A stretch of DNA of 64,000 nucleotides from a virus: positions 1-64,000 of IMG/VR virus record IMGVR_UViG_3300036900_000256; one strand, 5' to 3'. Position numbers and translations under genes: made by a program. The notes below the pieces were generated by a model. That model saw nothing but the letters and a program-made list of their open reading frames with translations, was not told the origin of the DNA and did no database searches. Shown in pieces: positions 27,969-36,440 of this stretch (positions are counted from its first letter, which is position 1; each line of letters starts with the position of its first letter).

Positions 27969-28308
27969 TGTGTACGCCGTCGCCACCTGTCGCGGCTCGG
28001 TGCTGCGGGGCACCGCCGAAAACACCTTTGGCGACGACGTGGCCACTGGCGCCGTGCACTCCACAAACCACCCGGCCCGGATCAAGCCCCGCACCCACAC
28101 CGTGTTCGACCCGACCACGCAGGCCCGCCGCATCGTGTCCAGCCACGACATGCGAATCCAGTCCGACACCGACATCCAGCCCGGCGACCAATTCCGCGAC
28201 GACACGCACGGCATCACCTACGCGGTGATCGACGCCCACCAACCCGACCAGCAAGGCCGGGAGTCCGACCTCCTCATCCAACTCCGACTGGTCACCGCAG
28301 CCTCGTAG
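27961..28308 (+). CDS. Head-to-tail stopper/closure protein
   Basis: VLRGT..NTFGD..TDIQPGD..D....Y.V; synteny. Confidence 0.7.
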   Translation: MADVYAVATCRGSVLRGTAENTFGDDVATGAVHSTNHPARIKPRTHTVFDPTTQARRIVSSHDMRIQSDTDIQPGDQFRDDTHGITYAVIDAHQPDQQGRESDLLIQLRLVTAAS

Positions 28309-28366
28309 AGAGGCCCGACCAGCAAGGGGTGTCCGCGCCGTAGAGGCGAGGAAGGCAGGTGCACGC

Positions 28367-28711
28367 ATGGCGAACGACTTCGCCGAGGCGTCCGGTTGGC
28401 GCGCGCACGTCGAACTCGCCGAGATGGGCCTGCTCGACCGGGATATCGGCACTCCAATTTTGGCCGACATGGTCGCTGGGTGTCCGGTCGATACGGGTGA
28501 CCTCGTCGGGTCGCTGGACAAAGAGGTCTTCACCAGTGTCCTCGGCCCGACGTTGCGGGTCGGTTCGCGCGATAAGGACTACAGCCTGTACGTCGAGGAA
28601 GGGCACCTCAGCGCCTACGCGGGGCCTGGTGGGATCACGGTCTACACGGGCGGTTTCGTCGAACCCCAGCCGTTTATGAAACCTGCCCTGTTCCGGCAGC
28701 GGGGTGCCTGA
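28367..28711 (+). CDS. HK97 gp10-like tail completion protein
   Basis: CPVDTGDL..S..Y.LYVEEG..PQPFMKPAL. Confidence 0.85.
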   Translation: MANDFAEASGWRAHVELAEMGLLDRDIGTPILADMVAGCPVDTGDLVGSLDKEVFTSVLGPTLRVGSRDKDYSLYVEEGHLSAYAGPGGITVYTGGFVEPQPFMKPALFRQRGA

Positions 28712-29187
28712 TGCCGACCACTGTGAAACGCGCCAACACGACCCTGGTCGCCATCGCCTGGCTCGGTGGTGTCGAGGGGCTCACGCCGAGCATGGTCGCC
28801 TCGTCGCTCCCTGCCGACAACAGCTCTTGGGCTGCGTCCGGGTTCGTCACCGTCCGACCGACCGGCGGCACGTCCTCGGTGGACAACCCCGTGCGGCGGC
28901 CGGTCGTCACGGTCGACACCTACGCGGTCAACCCGCTCTCCGACTCGCGCGCCCCGATGGGGCAGGCCAACAACCTCGCCGAACTGGTCGTCAACGCCTG
29001 CTGGCAACGAACCCGCGCGGAACGCCTCGCGGTGCAACGCCTCCTCACCCTCCCGCACGGGCACCCGGCCGCGCGGGTACTGGCCGCGATCGTCCGCACC
29101 GAACCCCGGCCCGCGTACGGCGAACTCGGCCGGTACGCGCACTTCGTCACCGACGTCGAGCTCGACTGGATCGAGGTACCGGCATGA
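28711..29187 (+). CDS. Tail terminator
   Basis: Position before major tail; beta-rich pattern (PVVTVDTYA). Confidence 0.7.
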   Translation: MPTTVKRANTTLVAIAWLGGVEGLTPSMVASSLPADNSSWAASGFVTVRPTGGTSSVDNPVRRPVVTVDTYAVNPLSDSRAPMGQANNLAELVVNACWQRTRAERLAVQRLLTLPHGHPAARVLAAIVRTEPRPAYGELGRYAHFVTDVELDWIEVPA

Positions 29188-29420
29188 CCGGCCGCCTGTT
29201 CGCCTACGACCTCCCGGTCGCGCAGAGCCTGATGACGCTCAACGGCCTGGTGCTGGTGCACGACAACGAGCACGAGATGGGGTTCCTCCTCTCCGGCGGC
29301 CGCGTGGTCGATCTGCCGCCGTGGGTGAAGCCCGAGGAGCAGTTGCGCCTAGCCAACCACCCCCAACTGTCGAGCGTCCGTTTCCCCTTGGACCGGAAGG
29401 ACTTCCGCGATGCGAGTTAG
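29184..29420 (+). CDS. Hypothetical protein
   Basis: ATGA-coupled. Confidence 0.6.
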   Translation: MTGRLFAYDLPVAQSLMTLNGLVLVHDNEHEMGFLLSGGRVVDLPPWVKPEEQLRLANHPQLSSVRFPLDRKDFRDAS

Positions 29421-29628
29421 GACCACGTTCCGGCCCGACCAGGAGGTCGAGGTCGACCAGGCCGAATACGAGGACCTGAAGCAGCAGGGGGTCCTCCTGC
29501 CCGGCCTGGTGTCCGAAGCCGACGACGCCACGAACACCGACAACAGCGGCGGCGCACCTGGTGGGACCGGGTCGACCGACGAGACCGAACCCGGCACGCC
29601 CGGCGGCACAACCAGGAATAGGAGCTGA
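29410..29628 (+). CDS. Hypothetical protein
   Basis: VRTT..P..EVEV...EY.DL...G.L; GGAAGG RBS. Confidence 0.65.
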   Translation: MRVRTTFRPDQEVEVDQAEYEDLKQQGVLLPGLVSEADDATNTDNSGGAPGGTGSTDETEPGTPGGTTRNRS

Positions 29629-29630
29629 TC

Positions 29631-30188
29631 ATGGGCGTCACCACGACGAACTTCATCCAGGGCCCGGCAACCCTGTACGACGGCGCGTACGGCGCGGCCG
29701 AGCCCGCAGACGCCGACGTCAACGCCACCCCAGCCGCGTCCGCGTGGACGGACCGTGGCGGCACAGACGGCGGCGTGAAGCTGGTCGTCGACCAGAAGTG
29801 GTCCGAACTGACCTGCGACCAGATCGTCGACCGGGTCGGCTCCCGGCTGACGAAGCGCGACTTCATGGTCTCCACGAACCTCGCCGAGGGCACCCTGGAG
29901 AACCTGTCCATGGCGCTCAACGGCGGCACCGCGGCGTCCGGAACCGGCTTCAAGTCGTGGGAGCCCAACGCGGCCAGCTCGGCGACGCAGCCGAACTATC
30001 GGGCGTTCCTACTCGACGGCATCGCACCGAACTCCCTGGTGCGCAAGGTGGTCCTGCGTCGGGCCGTCAACGTCGCCAAGGTCGAAATGGCGTGGATGAA
30101 AGACAAGCAGCTCCTCATCCCGTGCGAGTTCACCGGGCACTACGTATCCCCGTCGATCCGGCCCATCCGGCTCATCGACGGCACCTGA
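29631..30188 (+). CDS. Major tail (tube) protein
   Basis: I.GPATLY..W.D.GGTDGGV..DQ..D..TNLAE.TLENL..AL; AGGAG RBS. Confidence 0.9.
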   Translation: MGVTTTNFIQGPATLYDGAYGAAEPADADVNATPAASAWTDRGGTDGGVKLVVDQKWSELTCDQIVDRVGSRLTKRDFMVSTNLAEGTLENLSMALNGGTAASGTGFKSWEPNAASSATQPNYRAFLLDGIAPNSLVRKVVLRRAVNVAKVEMAWMKDKQLLIPCEFTGHYVSPSIRPIRLIDGT

Positions 30189-30194
30189 TCGGCG

Positions 30195-30225
30195 GCTGCC
30201 GGGTCGTGCCCCCCGACCCGGCAGC
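30195..30225 (+). terminator. 12-bp stem hairpin after major tail gene
   Basis: GCTGCCGGGTCG / CGACCCGGCAGC. Confidence 0.5.
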
Positions 30226-30271
30226 GCCTCACCCCCGTTCCCCGCCAGCCTCAACCACCAGAGGAAACGCC

Positions 30272-30685
30272 ATGGCCACCACCACGACCCGCGCACCCCG
30301 CAAGCCGCGCACCACTCCGAGGAAGGCAACCGTGCGGTCGGTCGCCGTCCCGACCGGCGGCATCGAGCCGTTCCGGTTCGTCACGCCCGACATCGAGCCC
30401 GAGGTTGAGCTCGTCGAACTGTTCTCCATCGACGACCGCTCCTACTTCATCCCCAAGGAGATCTCGCCGTCGGTGTCGCTGCGGTTCATGCGGGCCGCCC
30501 GGTCGACCGGTATGGAGATCGCGATGGCGGATCTCCTGGAGTCGATGCTCGGCGAGGAGGCCTTCGAAGCACTGGCCAACTACAAGCACATCACCACCCA
30601 GCAGTTCGCCGACCTGATGGATCTGGTGCGCCGCCACGCGATGGGTGCGATCACCGGCCCAAAAGGCAACTCGAAGAGCGCGTAG
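30272..30685 (+). CDS. Tail assembly chaperone (gpG-like)
   Basis: LFSIDDRSYFIP..LLE.MLGEE.FEAL; slippery site near end. Confidence 0.85.
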   Translation: MATTTTRAPRKPRTTPRKATVRSVAVPTGGIEPFRFVTPDIEPEVELVELFSIDDRSYFIPKEISPSVSLRFMRAARSTGMEIAMADLLESMLGEEAFEALANYKHITTQQFADLMDLVRRHAMGAITGPKGNSKSA

Positions 30686-30996
30686 CCGAGCTGTCGTGGG
30701 TGCTGGACCACCTGGATGACCTGCACGCGGACTTCCTGGCCATCTGGGGAATCGACCTCCACCGCGACACGACCCTCACCGGTCCCGAGTTCTTCGAACT
30801 GGCCACCAGGACGTTCGCGTTCGAAGGGGTGATGGCGGCCCGGCTCCGCGCGGAGGACGAGACCAACGGGTACAGCGCCCCGTCAGCCCAGCCGGAGCGG
30901 ATCTCTTCCACCACAACGGAAGCACCACCCACCGGAGCACGCGAGGTGGAGGTGCGCCACATGCGGATGCTCCACCCGGACCTGATCGACATGTGA
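30658..30996 (+). CDS. -1 frameshift extension of the tail assembly chaperone (gpGT-like)
   Basis: C CCA AAA slippery heptamer at 30658-30664 in phase with chaperone; -1 frame reads RQLEERVAELSWVLDHLDDL.ADF to 30996. Confidence 0.85.
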   Translation, partial: PKRQLEERVAELSWVLDHLDDLHADFLAIWGIDLHRDTTLTGPEFFELATRTFAFEGVMAARLRAEDETNGYSAPSAQPERISSTTTEAPPTGAREVEVRHMRMLHPDLIDM

Positions 30997-31027
30997 CTGA
31001 GAGGAGGTGGGCAGCATGGCCAGCAAG

Positions 31028-31507
31028 TCAGTCAACCGCGAGCGGCATGTAAGCCGCGCGCCCGTCGCGCGCTGCTTCGGCTGCTTCGAGTTCGGTGTCG
31101 AAGGTGCCGAGATGCGTGTTGCGCACCTTCGCCTTCCAGCGGCCGGAAGCTGCCCGACTGACTCCCCGGTACATCGAAGTGAGCGCCGCGCCAGTCGAGT
31201 GCACCGTGTGAACCCGGTTCTGTGCCTGGCTCCTGGCCGGAATCACGCGCAAGTTCGCCCTCGTGTTGTTGAGCGGGTTGCGGTCGATGTGATCTGCCGT
31301 GGACGGCGCACCGTGTGCAAGGCACAGCAGCTGGCGAGCCATCAGCACTGTCTTCCGAGCTGGCCGTGGTGTGCACCGGGCCGCATAGCCCTCATCGGTC
31401 AGGAACCACCGATGTTGGTTCAGCGCCTCGAAATCGACCGCATCAACCTCGGTGTAGGCCACAACCTCGCCATGCCAACGGCCACCTCGCCACAGCGGAA
31501 TCTGCAT
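31028..31507 (-). CDS. HNH-AP2 homing endonuclease
   Basis: VD..DF..L....W....GYA, DHIDRNPLNNTRANLR..QN, S.YRGV..W.A...HLGTF.TE.EAA.A. Confidence 0.9.
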   Translation of the reverse strand: MQIPLWRGGRWHGEVVAYTEVDAVDFEALNQHRWFLTDEGYAARCTPRPARKTVLMARQLLCLAHGAPSTADHIDRNPLNNTRANLRVIPARSQAQNRVHTVHSTGAALTSMYRGVSRAASGRWKAKVRNTHLGTFDTELEAAEAARDGRAAYMPLAVD

Positions 31508-31545
31508 GAACCCACGGTACCGCTTGGGATCGGGGTGTTTCAGCC

Positions 31546-34500
31546 ATGAGCGAGGGCTTCAAGATCGCCTCAGCGTTTGTCGAGGTGACGCTGAAGGACA
31601 ACACCGACGCGGACATGGACAAGCTCCGTGAGCGCATCCGCGCGGCGAGACCGTTCGAGCTGCCCACCACCTACAAGGCGCCGGAGGGGCCGCCGCCGAA
31701 ACCGCGCCGCCAGGACCCGGTCGAGATCCCGACCAAGCTGAAGGACCCGGTCGACGAAGCCTTCAGGCAGCAACTCAACAACGACCTCCGCGCGGCCGCC
31801 CGTCAGCTCGCGAAGCTCCCGATCAACGCCGACACCGAGAACCTGCGCTCCGAGGTGGCCGCTCGTGTCCGGGAGATCAGCGACACCCTGAAGGCCGACA
31901 TCCCCGTCGACCTGGCCGACGCGACCGCGTGGCGGGAGAAGGTCCGCGCCGAGGTCGACGCGGTCTCCGACCGGGTCCGGTCGCAGATCGAGGACAAACC
32001 GCCCGCGCAGGTGCCGACGAAGCTGTCGGACCCCGTGAACGAGGCGTGGAAAGCACAGGTCAACGCCGATTTGCGTGCGGCGGCGCGGGACCTGGCGAAA
32101 CTCCCGGTCGACGCGGACACAGAGCACCTGCGACGCCAGGTCGCCGAGTCCATCCGGCAGATCGAGCAGACCCTCAAGGCCGACATCCCGGTGGACGCCG
32201 GTGACGCGTCGGCGATGCGGGCCAAGGTCCGGGCCGAGGTCGCGGCGATCTCCCGCGCGGTGAAGGTCGACGTCCCGGTGGACGTCGACACCTCCTCGCT
32301 GGGGCGGGCGCGCGGGCAGATCGTGTCGGCGGCGAACGACATCGAGTCCCGTGTCGGCGGGTCCGCGAGCCGGGCCGGGGCGCACCTGGGCACGATCGGC
32401 CGGTACGCGGCGATCGGATTGGGCGGTATCCCCCCGCTGGCCGCGGCGGGCGCTGGTGCGATCGCCGCCATCGGCCCGGCGGCGATCGGGGCGGCGGGGG
32501 CGATCGCGACCATCGGGTTCGCGTTCGGCGGCGTCATGGGCGCACTCAAGGGGTACACGGCGGACCAGAACGCGGCGGGTGCCGCGTCGGCGGGGTCGGC
32601 GGCGACGCAGCTGTCCAACGCCACGGCGATCCGGGACGCCACACGCGGGATCGCAGAGGCCGAGAAGGACAAGGCCCGCGCCTATCAGGACGCCGCCGAC
32701 CAGATCACCGGGGCCGAGCGGCGGGTCGCGGACGCCCAGCAGACCGAACGGCAGGCGCAGCTCGCCCTGACCGACGCCCGACGAGCCGCCGCCGACCAAC
32801 TGGAGGACCTGAACCGGCGACTGGAGGACACCGCCCTCAACGAGGAAGGTGCCGCGCTGGCCGCTGAAGCCGCCCAGGAGCGGCTGCGGAAGGTCATCGC
32901 GAACCCGCTGTCGACGGACCTGGAGAAGCGGCAGGCCGACTACGAGGTGCGGCAGGCCCTGGACCGGCTGGCGGACCTCAAGGCCGCTGACGAGCGGATG
33001 CGCCGCGACGTCGAGGAAGCCAACGCGCGCGGTGTCGAGGGTGACCGGCAGGTCGTGTCCGCGAAGGAACGCGTCTCCCAGGCCACCCAGGGTGTGACCG
33101 ACGCGCAGACCGAGTTGGGGCGGGCGCACGCGGACGCGGCGGAGAAGATGGCGGACGCGGACGAGCGGGTCGCCCGCGCGGTGGAGCAGTTGGCCGATGT
33201 GCAGGCGCAGCAGGCTGCCTCGGCGGCGGGGGCGGCTGGTGCGACGTCGAAGTACGCGGAAGCGATGGCCAAGCTCTCGCCCGCCGCACGGGAGTTCGTC
33301 GAGCAGCTGATCTCCATGAAGCCGTTGGTGGACGACCTGTCCAAGACGGCGCAGACGGCAATGCTGCCCGGTTTCACGCAGATGCTCAAGGACTCCACGG
33401 TCCTGTTCCCGATCTTCAAGCAGGGCATCGCGGACATCGGCGGGGTGCTCGGCGACACCGCACGGCAGGCCGGGGCGCTGTTCCAGTCCCCGGTGTTCCA
33501 GCAGCAGTTGGGCCAGAACTTCACCAACGCCCTACCGGTGATCCGGGCGGCGTCGGAGGGGTTCCTCGAACTCTTCCGGATGATCATCGAGTTGGGGTCC
33601 AAGGCCGGGCCGGTCATGGACGCCATCGCAGGCGGCATCACCGCCCTCGTCGGCGGCCTGGGTGACTTCTTCCAGGCCATCGGCCCCGCGATGGGCCCCA
33701 TCGGGGAGATCCTCACCGCCGTGTTCCAGGCGGTGGCGTCGCTGCTCGGGCCGCTGGGCCAACTGGTCGCGATGATCGTCACCTCGTTGGCGCCCGCGTT
33801 CACCGCCCTCGCCCCGGTCGTCGCCCTGTTCGCCCAGGTGGTGCTCGCCCTGCTCAAACCGGTCATCGAGGCGCTCGGCCCGATGCTGGAAACCGTGGTC
33901 GGCGCACTGAACGGTGTACTCGAAGCACTGCTGCCGGTCATGCCCGCCGTCGGCGAGTTCTTCGCCGCCCTGGGCCCGCTGATCGGGTTGCTGGCCCAGT
34001 TCGTCGGCCAACTCCTTGAGGGCCTGGCGCCGGTGCTGCAGACGGTCGCCGAGGCGTTGACCCCGGTCGTGGAGGTCCTCACCGATTCCCTCGGCCCGGT
34101 GCTGCCGCTGATCTCGGAGGCGTTCGGCGAGTGGTGGAAGGCGTTGTCGCTGCTCATCGAGCCGATCACGACGCTGATCACGACGTTGCTGCCGCCGTTG
34201 TCGGAGATGCTGACCCGTTACCTGGAGGCGTTGCAGCCGATCTGGCCCGAGATCCAGAAACTGGCGGAGGCCATCTCGGGGGCGCTGACGCAGGCATTGT
34301 TGGACTTGGCGCCGAAACTGCCGGAGATGATCGACAGCTTCATGAAGCTGTTCGAGGCGGTTGCCCCGCTGATGCCGGATCTGATCAAGTTGGCGACCCT
34401 GTTCGCCGAGACGGTGCTCCCGGCGGTTCTGGGGTTGATCGTCGGGGTGCTGTCGTTGGACGCCACGATCATGGGTGGTCTCGCGGACGCGATCCGGTGG

Positions 34501-35235
34501 TGTGTCGATCACATCGGACCGGCGTGGGAGTTCATCAAGAACACAGTGGCCTTTCAGATCGACCAGATCAAAATGGTGATCAACTGGTTTTCCGAGTTGC
34601 CGGGGATGATCAGCGACTGGTTCGGGCGCGCGAAGGACGGCGCAGTCGACAAGTGGAACCAGCTCGTCGACTGGGCGCGCGGTATCCCCCGAATGATCAC
34701 TGACGCGCTCGGGAACCTCGGCAACACCCTGTGGGACGCGGGCACGGACCTCGTGCGCGGCCTGTGGGGCGGCCTGCAGTCCATGGGTGGCTGGCTCACC
34801 AGCCAGGTGTGGTCCTGGATCAAACGGGTCATCCCCGGCCCGATCAAGGACGCGCTCGGCATCAGCTCGCCATCGAAGGTCGCCGAAGAACTGTCCGCCG
34901 AGGTGCCCGCGGGCCTGGTCGTCGGCATGGACGGCGGCACCCAACAGGTGCAGGCGGCGTCGCTGCGGCTGGCCAGCGGCATCCGGTCCGGCCTCGCGGG
35001 CGGGCTCGGCGGAGACGGCGCGGCACTCCCGCTCGGACTCGCCCCTGGAGGCGCAGTCGACGTACCCGGTCAGCAGCCGTTGGGCAGCGCCGGTCTCACC
35101 GTGCAGGGCGACATCGTCGTGCACCTGCACGGGATCGTCGACCTCACCGACCCCACCTCCATGAACGCCGCGGCCCGCGAGCTGGTGGAGCGGATCCGCG
35201 ACGCGATCCGCGTAGTCGAACGGAGCACGACGTGA
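31546..35235 (+). CDS. Tape measure protein
   Basis: 1229 aa, GFKIASAFVEV start, coiled coil, amphipathic L.P repeats, LGISSPSKV motif. Confidence 0.93.
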   Translation: MSEGFKIASAFVEVTLKDNTDADMDKLRERIRAARPFELPTTYKAPEGPPPKPRRQDPVEIPTKLKDPVDEAFRQQLNNDLRAAARQLAKLPINADTENLRSEVAARVREISDTLKADIPVDLADATAWREKVRAEVDAVSDRVRSQIEDKPPAQVPTKLSDPVNEAWKAQVNADLRAAARDLAKLPVDADTEHLRRQVAESIRQIEQTLKADIPVDAGDASAMRAKVRAEVAAISRAVKVDVPVDVDTSSLGRARGQIVSAANDIESRVGGSASRAGAHLGTIGRYAAIGLGGIPPLAAAGAGAIAAIGPAAIGAAGAIATIGFAFGGVMGALKGYTADQNAAGAASAGSAATQLSNATAIRDATRGIAEAEKDKARAYQDAADQITGAERRVADAQQTERQAQLALTDARRAAADQLEDLNRRLEDTALNEEGAALAAEAAQERLRKVIANPLSTDLEKRQADYEVRQALDRLADLKAADERMRRDVEEANARGVEGDRQVVSAKERVSQATQGVTDAQTELGRAHADAAEKMADADERVARAVEQLADVQAQQAASAAGAAGATSKYAEAMAKLSPAAREFVEQLISMKPLVDDLSKTAQTAMLPGFTQMLKDSTVLFPIFKQGIADIGGVLGDTARQAGALFQSPVFQQQLGQNFTNALPVIRAASEGFLELFRMIIELGSKAGPVMDAIAGGITALVGGLGDFFQAIGPAMGPIGEILTAVFQAVASLLGPLGQLVAMIVTSLAPAFTALAPVVALFAQVVLALLKPVIEALGPMLETVVGALNGVLEALLPVMPAVGEFFAALGPLIGLLAQFVGQLLEGLAPVLQTVAEALTPVVEVLTDSLGPVLPLISEAFGEWWKALSLLIEPITTLITTLLPPLSEMLTRYLEALQPIWPEIQKLAEAISGALTQALLDLAPKLPEMIDSFMKLFEAVAPLMPDLIKLATLFAETVLPAVLGLIVGVLSLDATIMGGLADAIRWCVDHIGPAWEFIKNTVAFQIDQIKMVINWFSELPGMISDWFGRAKDGAVDKWNQLVDWARGIPRMITDALGNLGNTLWDAGTDLVRGLWGGLQSMGGWLTSQVWSWIKRVIPGPIKDALGISSPSKVAEELSAEVPAGLVVGMDGGTQQVQAASLRLASGIRSGLAGGLGGDGAALPLGLAPGGAVDVPGQQPLGSAGLTVQGDIVVHLHGIVDLTDPTSMNAAARELVERIRDAIRVVERSTT

Positions 35236-36440
35236 CCGACTACGGGCTTGTCAATGTCGGCCGCCTCGCCCTGCGGGAGGCCATCAGGGCGTTCGACGAC
35301 AAGGTGAACGCCACCACCAGGGCGCGCACCGCGACGATCAGCGGGCAGGAATCACTTCCGCCGCTCACCGCCGCCCAACTCGCCGCGCTCCAGGACGACA
35401 TCCCCGCTCTGATGGACTCGTTCGTGCCGGTGACATTCACGAACAAGTCCGACCGCAACGGCTACTACCTGGTGCGCGATGCCGGCGCGAAGTTGTTGTC
35501 GTGGACCGGGGAGCTGGTCACCTGCGACTGGGACCTCGCGCTGGAACGACAAGGCACCGACACCGAGGTCGACATCGAGTCGCGGCTGTCCGGGTCGGCC
35601 ACCCGCAACAACTCCTTCGCCGCGACCGGTGACCGGTGGCACGCCCCACCGATCGGGCACTACGCGTATTACACCGGCTCCACCCAGCCGTCCACTGTGG
35701 TGCGGACCGGCGCAGACGGGGCAATGACCGTGTACCGGGGTGTGCCGGTCACGGTGAACCCGCGGTGGGGTTGCCCGGTCGGGTCGTACCTGACCGGGCG
35801 GTGCCGGTACCTCGACCCGAACGGCATCGAACGCGCCGGGACGAACACCTCCACGGCGGCGTCCGGGTGGGAGGTCAACAACGCGCTCGTGCGCGTCCGC
35901 CCGCTCACCGCGTCCGGTGTGCTGCAGGTGTCCGCCTATACCGGCGGCGCGTGGCAGACGAAGAACTGGGACATCCAGTCCGGCGGGGTGTCGATCGGCG
36001 TGTTCGACTCGGCGACGGTGTTGCAGAACGAACCCGAAGCGGTCGTCGTGCGCCTGCTGCGGTCGCAGTCGTCCGGCCGGTACGTCGTGGACGTGACGCT
36101 GCGCCGCGGCTCCCGGTTCGCCGAGCTGTACGTGCAGGCCTCCTACTCGGCCACCCTGAAGGTCGTCAGGGGCACCACCGAGGCAGGTACCGCCGCCACC
36201 GGGTACGTCCGCGCGACGGCGAACGACGCTGCGGGGAACCGGTACATCGTCGGCTCGACGCTGACCCACACCGCGGATACCACGAACGGCGGCCTGTCGC
36301 TCGCCGCGACCACCACCCTGGACGCGTTCATCGGTGTGCTCGCCGCCGGATCCGGGGCCGTCGCCGGGGACCAGGCCGCTGATCTCTACGCCCAGTACCT
36401 CGGTGCCCCCTCCGAACTCGTGCAGGCGGTGCGCCGATGA
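35232..36440 (+). CDS. Minor tail protein (distal tail-like)
   Basis: GTGA overlap with TMP; beta-rich; synteny. Confidence 0.75.
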   Translation: MTDYGLVNVGRLALREAIRAFDDKVNATTRARTATISGQESLPPLTAAQLAALQDDIPALMDSFVPVTFTNKSDRNGYYLVRDAGAKLLSWTGELVTCDWDLALERQGTDTEVDIESRLSGSATRNNSFAATGDRWHAPPIGHYAYYTGSTQPSTVVRTGADGAMTVYRGVPVTVNPRWGCPVGSYLTGRCRYLDPNGIERAGTNTSTAASGWEVNNALVRVRPLTASGVLQVSAYTGGAWQTKNWDIQSGGVSIGVFDSATVLQNEPEAVVVRLLRSQSSGRYVVDVTLRRGSRFAELYVQASYSATLKVVRGTTEAGTAATGYVRATANDAAGNRYIVGSTLTHTADTTNGGLSLAATTTLDAFIGVLAAGSGAVAGDQAADLYAQYLGAPSELVQAVRR

